Shown here piece after piece: positions 1 through 10,700 of a stretch of DNA of 20,000 nucleotides (position 1 is its first letter; every line of letters begins with the position of its first letter). The position numbers and the translations under genes are program-made. Location of the stretch: assembly GCA_030167865.1 (NCBI GenBank), contig JALAGF010001026.1, positions 45,279 to 65,278 of the forward strand, in the 5' to 3' direction. The stretch comes from Craspedostauros australis (taxonomy: Eukaryota). The notes beneath the pieces are model-generated. The model had not been told where the DNA came from and ran no database searches. It saw nothing but the letters and a program-made list of their open reading frames with translations.

Positions 1-411
1 ATATGATGTTTAGAAATACATTTTGAGACACGAATCATGTCTGAATGAAAGGATCAAACACGAACCGTTGTGAAGATTAGTCAAATGGGTCGATGATGAA
101 AGGTGGAATCTGACACGTCATCTCGTCCATAGAATCTTCGTTGCGCTTCTTCTGGACACAACCCTTAGTTTCAGTACTGAGGCCACGTGAAGCACAATTC
201 GATGAAATTCCAACAGATGCGAGATGAGGCAAAGAACAGGTTCCGCCACAACACAACACGCAAACAGGACAACACAACAGCACGCAGAAGATCGTGGGTT
301 GACACAATTCCAAACCCAAACACGAAGACGGACACAAAACGAAAACAGGACATCTTTGAGAAGACACCAACCCAACCAACACCAACTCCAACAACAACAA
401 CAACAGCCACC

Positions 412-1089
412 ATGCCGGTAAGTACGGCTGCTGCTTCTGCTCGATTGGTTCAGCTGGGAACGAACGTGGAAAACAGCGCAGCGTGTGCAAACACGGCCGC
501 AGATTCACGATGTTGATCTCACCCAACTGTTCTTTTGACTTTCCCAACCGCCAACTGATTGATCGATCAACCCACCAAACTATCAACACACAACGCACAA
601 TGCATATTGCGCGACGAATCACGATGACACGTGCAGCGCGGAAGAAGAGGAGGAGCATCCCGTGCTGCGCCACGACCAGCGCGGCGTCGCCCAGTGGCTG
701 CACCACCAGCCCGTGCTGCCAGCACATCCACACCTGCGCCAATGCAGCCACAGCAATCCTCCGGAGGTGGCATGCTTTCCGGAATCGGATCCACCATCGC
801 CCAAGGTATGGCATTCGGTACCGGATCTGCCATCGCCCACCGTGCGGTCGGAGCCGCCGCCGGTGCCCTGACCGGAGGTGGCGAGGAGCCAGCCTCGCAG
901 CAGCCAATGGAGGTCACTGGCGGACAACCGCAGGCCCAGCAGCAGCAGATTCAGGGAGCATGCGCCCAGGACAAGCAGATGTTCTTCGATTGCCTCCAGC
1001 ACAACAGAGGCGACCAGCAGGCCTGCTCTTTCTTGTACGACACTCTCCAAACTTGCCAGCGTGAGCAGAGCTCCATGCAGTTCAGCTAA
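412..1089 (+). CDS. CHCHD2/CHCHD10 (Mix17)-like mitochondrial intermembrane-space twin-CX9C protein; exons 412-417 and 637-1089, ~152 aa
   Basis: ATG CCG at 412-417 is followed by a GTAAGT donor (418), and a CAG acceptor ends at 636. Splicing gives MPRGRRGGASRAAPRPARRRP.... The central segment GMLSGIGSTIAQGMAFGTGSAIAHRAVGA and the C-terminal C-x9-C-x10-C-x9-C (CAQDKQMFFDC...CSFLYDTLQTC) are hallmarks of this family. Confidence 0.92.
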
Positions 1090-1375
1090 TTTATCGCGTT
1101 GGACAGCTTCCTTGGATGATGGACACCGTCTCGTGAACACCTCGTCCCAGAGTACTCGTATCATCAGACAAATTAGACGATCCGCTGGGTGAAGGATGGA
1201 GTGACAAATGAAGAGCCCACACAACAAGAGAGCAGAATGGGTCGAACTCTCTGGTCTACTCTGCTCACATGATCCCAACGGAACAGTAGGCATTCTAAGA
1301 ATTGGTCTCTAGCAAGATCGAATTACCATACCAAATCTCTGCTGCTCCAACAATACAGAATCCAGCGGTTTTGAC

Positions 1376-4300
1376 CTATGCCGCGCCCTCTTGCGGATGA
1401 AAGTCCAGCTCGTGCAACTTGGGGAATCGAAGGGTGATGCTTGCCTCTTCGACGGGGTTCAGAGAGTTTTGCTTCAGCACGATGCGTTCCAACTCTTGGC
1501 ATCTGTAGATGGCGTCCGGGACAGTCTCCAATCGGTTGCTCTCAAGCAACAGCTCGCGCAGCGACGTTGGAAACGAGACCGATTGCATCCCCTGGAGTTG
1601 ATTCTCAGATGCATCCAAGTGCCGCAGACGCGTCAGCTTTGCGATGGACCCCGGCAATTGTTTCAGCCCGCATCCTCTGAGCGACAGCGTCTGGGACAGA
1701 GACGAAAACGAATATTGTGTTGGGGAAAAGAGTTGAATACAATACAATGAAGTATCGGATTCGTGGCGTAACATGGAGAAGGGATAGAGCAAGACGAGAC
1801 AAGAAGAAACTGGTGTGGTAGAACGCAGTGTCAAACGATACACAGCAGATCCATTCCAAGATATTACATACTCGTGGAAGAGGAGCATTTGTCCTCGTCC
1901 GTGAGAAAGCGCATCACCCGTTGCATCAACTTACCTCCAGATGGGGCACGCACTCGCCGAATGTGTTGGGCAGACACTGCAGAGCACATCGCTCAAGTCG
2001 CAAACTCTTCAACGATTCACCGCACAGCAACAGACTGCAAGGGAAAGTGGACACCACCGTATGCACCTTATCGTTGGTTGAAGATGTTGCGGACGTGGTC
2101 AAGCGGAGGCCAGAGAGCTGGATGGATACGCTGCTTCGATTGTCCCTGCTTCTGTTGCCTGTGGCGGCTGTGGTGCGTGTGTTGCAACCATTCTGTGTGG
2201 ATGGCAGATAATAGATGCATCGTCTCATCGAGCTCATGGATGCTTCAATTTCGTTTGTGGAAGCCGATGCTGTCGGATTGGCAGGGTCGGACCAAATGTA
2301 CTTCGAGAGTTGACCATCGCCTTGCATCGAAATTCGACACGGGAAGATCGCATGCTCAAACACCTTTGCAGCAAGGCGCGGCATCCAGGATGATTCTGAT
2401 GCGGTGTCTTCGGAGTGAGCGTCTCCCGTCCGTGGCGGCAGCAATGCCATGTGCAGTTGGCAGTACTGTGACCAAAGAAACTCGGAGCAGCAGGCGGACC
2501 GCGCGTGTCCCGAAAGGATCTCGTTCTCGATTCGTCGGTGCGCTGCTGCGTAGCTTCGTAGATAGACAGAGAACGACACGCATGCAGCGTAGATGGGAGT
2601 GATCAGAAGGTCCAGCATTGCATCGCCAGCGTCAACATCATCGCTGGCGTTCCCTGCCCGTGCCAATCGCATCAACGAACATGTAGCGAACGTGATGGAT
2701 GAATCAAGCGATTGCAACGCCGCTGTCATGGATTCTTGCCTTGCTGGGTCTGGAAACAGACGTAGCGATTCGGCGATTCGTTGCTGCAACCTTGTGATCA
2801 GTATTCCCATGATCACAGTTGAGTGCAGGCGTAGATACGCCGTATCTTTATGCGCAGCTTTTGTCTCCACATTCACTCTTTGCGAAAGGAACGACATGCA
2901 CGCGTCCAGGTTGCTGTCCACGAAGTTGCAAAGTGCGTGGATTTCGCTGTTGTTGTCTTGGCTACTGCTCGCGTCGCCATAATCCTCTGCACCAGAGTCC
3001 ATCATGTTTATCGAAATTGCCCATCCGATGCTCTTGCAAAGAGCCCTTGCTTTGTCGAGGTCGCTCGAACCATTGGATGCACCCATCGTGTCTATCTTCA
3101 GGCGATTTACTTCGGATACGAATCTTTCAAAGAAGGTTGCTTTGTGGTTCTCTCCCACCGGAGCGTTGACACTGGCATCCTCGTCGGATTGTCTTTCTTC
3201 CACCATCTGACAGCCTCTCTGCAACCATATCCAAGTGCTTTCATCACCCCGGCTGTTGCCAGCTGCGTCCATTTCATCAGATGCCAACGTGTCGGATGAC
3301 AGGAAGTGCGAAAGGATCGCAAGCTGCGTCTGGCATGAGAAGATCTGGTAGGGAACGGGGACCTTCGAGTGTGACCAAGTTCCGCCGCTGGATATGCTTG
3401 AGATCACCGTATGCATGATTGGCAGAACTGTGTCCATCGCAGCTGATGTTTCATCCTGCTCCAAAAAGTAGGAACTGATGGAAGTGATCAAAGTTGATGC
3501 GATGTGAAATGCTCCGGAATGAAGGCAAATCATGACACAATCTACGCATCTCTTGAGCAAGCAGAGGGCGTTGCGTGCGTTGAGTTGGACAGGAACCTGA
3601 AGCGTCAGTTGTTGTTTTGATTCGATCGTGGTAGAGATCTCGATGCCGCAGATTTGAAGCATCAGCTCAGTCGTTGTGGTTTGATTCGATCGAGGAGACT
3701 GCGGCGGAGGGGCTGAGTAGTGCAGTTCTGCTTCCCTCTTCTCGACGATGCCTCGGCTATCACCTCGCGCATGCGGATCCTGATCTTCTCCTCGGGCTTT
3801 GCGAATGATGCTCACATCATCTTCTGTCTGAGCCTGCAATCGGCGATTCCACGACTCCTCAAGCGACAACTCTATGGGGACTGTCTCGGCGCCTTCTGGT
3901 ACCCGTGGCAAGTCAATGTAATCGTCTTCGTCTACGAACTCATTGCCATTCCCTTCGTGAATATCATTTGTGGCTGATTGCTCGTCGTGGTCTATCACTA
4001 TCGTTGTTGTTGTTGCTGCTGCTGCTGTCGTTGATAAAGCTACACCCGGTTGCCATGGTGGCGGATCTTCACTTGCATCGTTTGTCCGCCGCCGCTTCGC
4101 AACGTGATTTTTGGTATCTACCGTCGTCGTCGTTGCTGCGGTTGCTGCTGCCGGTGCTGTTGCTATTGTTGCGGAGGGCGATGACATGGATGAAGCGTTT
4201 CGCTTGAGCCCAATCAATCTTGTCGCAGGCAATGGCAGGACTTCTGGGATGACGGTCACGCGGTCCTTGTTGAAATGCTGATAGGGACACAGTTTGTCTG

Positions 4301-5590
4301 CGCAGAATCCATCCAGCTCGTACGGGCACATGGCAGCATTTGGATCCATCCGGTTGCTGCGAATCTGTTCCACGCTTTGTGTGTGCTGATCCTTACTCTT
4401 GACACCATGTAGATGAAGAAAGTCGAGGCAAGTTTTCCACATCAAGGAGCGGCGTGGATGAACTGTGCTTTCACCTTCGTTGAGGTTCTTGGTGTGCAAC
4501 ATGGCTTTGTCGATCGCTGAAGCTTCTCTGGTGGATATCTGCAAGACTCGTTCCAGCAATTCCTTGGTGTTGATGGACGAGACTAGATGCAATGAATCGG
4601 CTGCGTCTGTGGATGCATCGTAAACGGGACGAATCTCGCAGTCCAAATTATAGAAGAATAGGGATTCATCCTCTGCTGGATTGTCAGCGGAGGTTGCGAA
4701 CAATTCCTCATCAATGGAATCCGCTGATAGATCACCATCACGGCTTGAACCCACGAACAGGCATTCGTCGTCATCGTCGTCATCATCGTCGTCATCAATG
4801 ACTATGATTTCCCTCTCCTCATTGCTTGTCTTCGACACCATCAATGACGAATCTCCTGCAGCGTCGACCGTTTGATCAATCTCGGCGTCGTTGCCTCCGT
4901 CAGCATCGTCATGACGGCGTAGCAACCTTTGCAACTTGGTGTGGCTTTTTCGAAGAGTCTCTCTCAGCTTCTTCTGCAGCTTGACATTTCGCCTTCGGCT
5001 GTACTCGAGCACTTTCTTCCGTGCCTGTAGCTGGATGTGCGCTGCCTTCAGCAGTTGCTTTCGAGATCTGTTGGTACGAAGCGCCATGAACAGGAGCGGA
5101 TACATATTGGAACACAAGGAATGAAAGAAGCATCGTAGCGCGTGGAATGAGATCAAGATTGGTTCGTCTCAAAGACGATGACGGCGTGCATTTGATGCCA
5201 TGAGAGGTCATACATTTCTCGTCCTCTTGCTTCGATTCTGGTTACTGTCTCCGCAGGAACTTACTTGGACTGTCTGATTTCGCGTTCCAGCTCCATCTTC
5301 CGCTTCTCCAGCATGCTCAAACCAGATTCATGAAAACCGACCTCTTCTCCAAGCTGTGCTGCCACCAACCGACGGTCAACTTCGTGACCCGATGAACTCA
5401 TCGCCTCCTCTACCTCCATCTCTACCTCCACCTGATCTTGTTGTTGTTCTTGATCCTTCATCGCTTCCATGTGCTCTTTCACATCCACTTGCATCTCCCC
5501 TTCATCTTCTTCACAGGGTGCAAGAGGGGATTCGGGCTCCGCCAGCGGATCCGTCGTCCGCCGCGAATCGTTGGAGCTGTTACGATCCAT
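1376..5590 (-). CDS. Large protein with a zf-C3H1 (ZFC3H1/Red1-type) zinc finger and C-terminal leucine-rich repeats; exons 5590-5265, 5067-1935, 1690-1376, ~1257 aa
   Basis: Three ORF-track segments join in frame through intron 5264-5068 (GTAAGT..AACAG, phase 2) and intron 1934-1691 (GTAAGT..CCCAG, phase 0). The finger CPYELDGFCADKLCPYQH (C-x7-C-x4-C-x3-H) lies at ~4275-4328. LRR units include LKSLRLERCALQCLP, LETLSLRGCGLKQLP, LRHLDASENQLQ, LRELLLESNRLETVP and LERIVLKQNSL, with the repeat register continuing across intron 2. The N-terminus has acidic and coiled-coil stretches. Confidence 0.8.
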
Positions 5591-6832
5591 CCTAAAGACA
5601 GCGATCAGGTGAATGTCGCCAGTTGATACGCTTCAAGTCGCTGCAGGCAATCGAGCAAGACGCAACAAAGCAACGTGAAGATGAGAATTCGGCGAAAAAT
5701 TGCACAGCGAAACCCCGTAATGCTCTCTTGCTCTCGCAGGCCTGATCTCGTCGACACCTCCAACCACTCGATACAGTATAGCAAGCCAACGTCTTGCTGC
5801 AAAAACAATCTCCAACTCGCACACTCTTTGCACTGGCAATCAATCTGTCCTCTCTGTGTGGCTTGGTGCTCTTCTTCGTGTGATTGTTGTCTGTGTTTCT
5901 TGGTGGGACATGGCGGCAACTGACGCCTGTTCGGAACAAGGAAGAACGGCGCTTTCGCCATCGTCGATGTTTTAATCGAACGAGTCGTACTCACTGAAAT
6001 CAGAGAAGACTGACGAATGTGTCCACGCCACCAGCACACGTAGAGCACTGTGCATTGCGCACAAGACCACCAAACACCTCCACGCTATCAATCTCAACGA
6101 CACAAACCAAAGCAAGTGACTGCCATCTCCAGATCCTTATCCCCGTCCGAAGTTGCATAGAATTCATCGAGAGAAGAATACTTCGAGCGTATGCGTTTGC
6201 ATCTAGAGAGAGTACACAGTGGAGAATCGTTTCATTGAGACGGAGTGCTGCATGGCTGTCGCATTCAATTTGTTCCTTTTCAAATTTTACATTTGCTTGT
6301 ACCAACAAGTGATCCATAGTGAAATCAGACTGAGATGGGATGTCCACATTCGGCTTCGTTTGCTCTTCTTCGTGCTTTCGCGTTTGTGCAAATCGTGGAA
6401 AAGGAGCAAGGAGAGAAGAAGGCCATGAGAAGAAAGAATGCCGTGCCAGCAGCACCACTTCTCGAGAGAGAGAGAGAAGCATCTAGCCTTGGTCTCTGCA
6501 ATGACCATGGCTGCTGTGTGGGTAGATGCACGCCTTCACGTGCGCCGCTCGTTCTCTCCAGGTTTCGTTTCCCTCTCTCCATTCCGTTGAGCTTCTTCTT
6601 GGTATCTCGCCATCTGTTTGTGGCTGACCCAGTCGACGACGCAAAGGAGAGAGGAGCTGTCAGCCACCATCCACAGCCTTGGTATGGAGCTGCCGATGAT
6701 CGCCAAAAGCGTGGGCCAATCGTGCGCAGATGCATGAAGCCAGTAACCGCTTCCTCTCCTCTGCATCCCGAATTCTCGGTGCTCTGCACCAATACGCAAT
6801 GCACCGGCAGAGTTGTGTTTGCTTCACGCCAT

Positions 6833-7300
6833 TCACGAGTCCGCGAACATGCCCGGTGGCTGCTCTTCTGCCAACTCCAGATATTCCTCCTCCTCCACCA
6901 ACGATGTCACTACATCATTCCATTCCTTGACGTCCGGTTCCACCGTCGCCAACACGCTGTCCTCGTCCACAATCGTGTCGGAAAGAGCTGACCCGTGCCA
7001 ATGACCACCGAAGGGAACGGCGATGCTCGTGGTGCCTGTGAACGTATCCCAAACGGTGTGATACAGCTCATCCGCCGCTGTGATTTTGGATCCCTCCCAA
7101 TCGATTCGCACGATCTCGTCTCCCGCGACGAAGGGACGGCTGTGGCACCTGACGTTGGTGATGTCCCCGACATCGTCGAATCCTCGTTCCGTCAGTCCAA
7201 CCTCAACAACCCGTTGCGCACTTGGATTGCGGCGGAACCAAAGGTGCTTGGTGGGGTGAAAGAGCTTTCGGACCTTGGGGAGCGCTGCGGTTGATGCCAT
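6833..7300 (-). CDS. Glycine-cleavage H-protein-like (single hybrid motif) protein, divergent, ~155 aa
   Basis: First ATG in the ORF is at 7300. The N-terminal pattern LFHPTKHLWF...VVEVGLTERGFDDVGDI resembles the GcvH H-x-W...GIT...LGDI motif. SIAVPFGG resembles the 'SPVSG' element, and the end (LVEEEEYLEL) resembles the GcvH C-terminal helix. The ESVK lipoylation motif is absent. The family call is from motif recognition only. Confidence 0.65.
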   Translation of the reverse strand: MASTAALPKVRKLFHPTKHLWFRRNPSAQRVVEVGLTERGFDDVGDITNVRCHSRPFVAGDEIVRIDWEGSKITAADELYHTVWDTFTGTTSIAVPFGGHWHGSALSDTIVDEDSVLATVEPDVKEWNDVVTSLVEEEEYLELAEEQPPGMFADS

Positions 7301-7408
7301 CGCTGATGATACCAATGTTGCTATTGGTCGTATTGTTATGACCTTGTGATGGTCGTGGCTCACCTCGCGAAAGAAAATCCAAGTTTTGTGCTCCTCAGTT
7401 TGATGGAA

Positions 7409-7416
7409 TGACGTCA
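7409..7416. promoter_or_regulatory. Palindromic TGACGTCA (CRE/bZIP-type site containing TGACGT) upstream of the GcvH-like gene
   Basis: Perfect palindrome about 110 bp upstream of ATG 7300. Function is unverified and a single 8-mer can occur by chance. Confidence 0.25.
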
Positions 7417-7786
7417 CAAGGGAGACGGAGAATCAACATCTCAGAATGACGGAACAGCTCAGAGCGCCAACCTCCTCTTGATTGAGGAGTACATGCTACG
7501 ACCCACTCTGCACTTTGGCAAGTCTACCGGGTCGATAGATGCACGTACGATTACTCGATGACTCCACCTCTTTCTGTGCAGCGTATCAGCAAGAAAAACG
7601 ATGTCTGAAAGTTCGCACACTTCGCCTTGTGAGAGGTCTTGTATTCGCCAGTTGTTGGTAACATTCTGGTTTTAGCACGCAGCACTCTACTACCCACCTC
7701 ACATGCGTCGAGTGCTTCTCGTTCGATGTTAGCGCCCAGTTTATCGGAGCAAAAGGAAAATCCCCAGATCCCCACCCAGGGTTCCT

Positions 7787-10700
7787 CTACATCTCTTTCA
7801 GCATGAACAATGGGTCGCTTTGGTCTTCGTTCGGTTGCTGATGATGCGACTTGCGTTGTTGTTGCTGCTGCTGCTGCTGCTGTGGTTGTTGCTGTTGCTG
7901 TTGCTGTTGCTGTGGATCGCGTCGCATGCCCATGGTATTCTGCATGTTCATTCCGCCTGTATTCACATTCCCACCACCCATGGATCCTGGTTGGTTCATC
8001 ATTCGACCGGGGATGGCAAGAGGTTGTTGTGAGAATCCTTGCTGCTGAAGCGGTGCGAAGAATTGCTGGATCTGCTGCATTGTTTGCGGAGACTGCGTGT
8101 ACGGCATTTGATGGCGCGGTGGCGACCCCGGTTGCATCATCCGCATTTGAGACATTTGCTGCTGGTGTTGCTGCTGCTGCGAACGTTGTGACATCTGCTG
8201 CTGCTGCTGCTGGTTGTTTTGGTACTGTTGCTGTTGTTGCTGTTGCTGCTGCTGTTGTTGAGCCAGCTGTTGCTGAGTCTGTCCACGGCTCGAATGCTGC
8301 ATCTGTTGTGCGCGCTGCTGCTGTCGCTGCTGCTGTTGCTTCTTCTGCTGCTGCGCCATCATTTGCTGTTGTAATGCCGCGCGCTGCTGCTGAAGGCTGG
8401 CAGCGGCGTGGTTCTGGTTCATGTTGGGCATAGGCGCTTTCATGTATGGAGAGTACTGCGACTGGTGCTGACGTTGGTGCTGGCGCTGACGCTGCGAATG
8501 CTGACGTGCTGGTTGGCTGTGTTGCGACTGTTGCCGGTGTTGATGCTGCTGCTTTTGCTTCTGCATGTCCATTCTCGCGGTAGTTTGCGGCGCTCCATAA
8601 ACAGGCTTTTGCGGAGTCTTCGCCATTGTCGTTTTGCTCATCTGCGGATGCTTGCTGTGCGACTGGCTGGTTGTTTGCTTCATGCTCGATGTAGGCGCTG
8701 CTGCCTTGGGCTCGACCTTCCGCTTCCTTTGCGCAGGTCGGCTGGATGCGGCATCCTGCCGACTTGACACCGATCGTTTTCTGTCAGTTCGGCTCGATGT
8801 GACGGGCTTCTTGGCAGTGGCTGTACCAGTCTTGATGGTTGTTGCCGAATGATGCGAGGTCTGGCTTGAAGCTGATGATGCGTGCGTCGTGGAGTCCTTT
8901 GAAGTGATTGACCTTGATCGAGATGCTGTCACGGGCTTTGCCTTCCTCACAGCAAAGTTGTACCCAACGGCGATAGCAAAAGGGTCCACCCTCAGTGGAT
9001 CTCCGATATCTGGTGCTTCTGCGCGTGCCATTTCGTTGCGCCACAGTACATCGCATTGCATTGCATTGTGTTGGATGAAGGTGGTGGAACACAAGAAACA
9101 GACAAGAAACGTTGTTTGAGAATGAATTGCAAGCCACACGAGTACACACCCGAACACCCACACCCACACGTGCACACACCAGTATACACGCCCTTGTACG
9201 ATGCGCATCATGGCCATGTACCATACTTTATTCAACAACACCGGCAAGTTTCAGTCCACTTACGATCCATTGGCACAACGGCGACCGACGGGTTGGATTC
9301 CGCAATGCTGGTTGCAATCCCAAAAGAAGAGAGAGGGAACGACAGCGATTTGAGATGCGTAGCCTTCGTCAACGACGCTGCTTGTCGCCCTGGAGCCGAG
9401 CAGATTTCGGACAAATTCTTCTCAAAGACTGGGAAGGATGGAACGCATGGCAGGATTGTTTCGGTGGATTCCTTCGACGGAACAGAAAGGTCCACATGCC
9501 AGCCTGGGTGGGAGTCGATGAATGGTGGACAACGATTTGCGACGGTTTGAAGATTGAGTATCAACTGTGAGTATGCGGATGCTGCAGCAACACAAGTGTC
9601 GTGGGCGATACTGTTCTGTGCGCTGAGATCGTAATGACATCATGCAGTCTTCCGTCAAGCGTACGATAGAGACACCATCACCATCACCGTCACAATTACA
9701 ATCACCATCGCAAGCACATGCTTATGTACACATGCGAATGCATTCGAGTGAGGGTATGGCAGTACTTACCTGGTTCGCTCCACGGTTCGATCCCACTGCC
9801 CGAGGCCGACGGGACAGGTACGCAGGACGACGCCCCGTCCATATTATCTGGGTGCATGGCGACCAACAGCTTTTGTTCTGCCTTTTGCAGTTCGCTCCTC
9901 ATTTGGCTATTTGTGCGTTTGACACTCGATGAGGATCTGATTTTCTCCGATACCGTCGTTTTCATTTCATGCACCAAAGTCTCCAACGATGGCCGCAGCA
10001 CGATGAGCAATCGACGGCGGTGCAGCTTGTGCCACAGGCTCTTGCGCAGCGATCCTGGAATTCCCGGCAAGGCCTGGACCCATGTCGTGCTGGCATGCGT
10101 GCTGCGCATGTGATTCCATTGATCACGGCGTTTGTTGGCGGTGCGTTCCAGCGACGCAATGAAATCGGAAATACGAACCGACGCACGTTCCGTCTCAATA
10201 GTTTCGGACGTTCTGGCCTCGTACACGGCATTTACTCTCGATCCGGCCGCCATCTTTTTGCGTTTCAATACGGAAGAGGAGACGATGGCAGCCTTTTGAG
10301 CTTGCTTGACCACCGCCTGGTACTTCTGAACCTGTGCCTTGGTATCGGCCAGCAGCTTCTTGCAGTCTCGTTCTCGCTTGCCCGCCTTTTCGATGTTGTC
10401 CTTGTATCCCTTGAGCATCTTCAGCAACTTCTGGGTATCCGTTGGATTGTTGGTGCTGAGAGGGTTTCCGTCTGGTCATGGGAATAAAGTGTGTGTGTGT
10501 GAGCGTGGGTAAGGGTGAGTCAAAGTTGGGAAGCATAGGTGCAGCGACCACAAAAAGATGAAGCGTGCGCAAAGATTTCCCATACCTAGAAAGTTCAGAA
10601 CGCAAGACAGGCAAACAGGCAAACACGGGAGGAGGCGCGCAAGTAAATGGACATCACGGACGGCGACAGTGTGCATTGTCATCACTCACCAGCTCCAAAG

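Noticed and set aside
7810-8433. Poly-Ala, poly-Cys and poly-Leu ORFs on the + strand
   Set aside because: These are alternative-frame readings of the polyQ CAG/CAA repeats.
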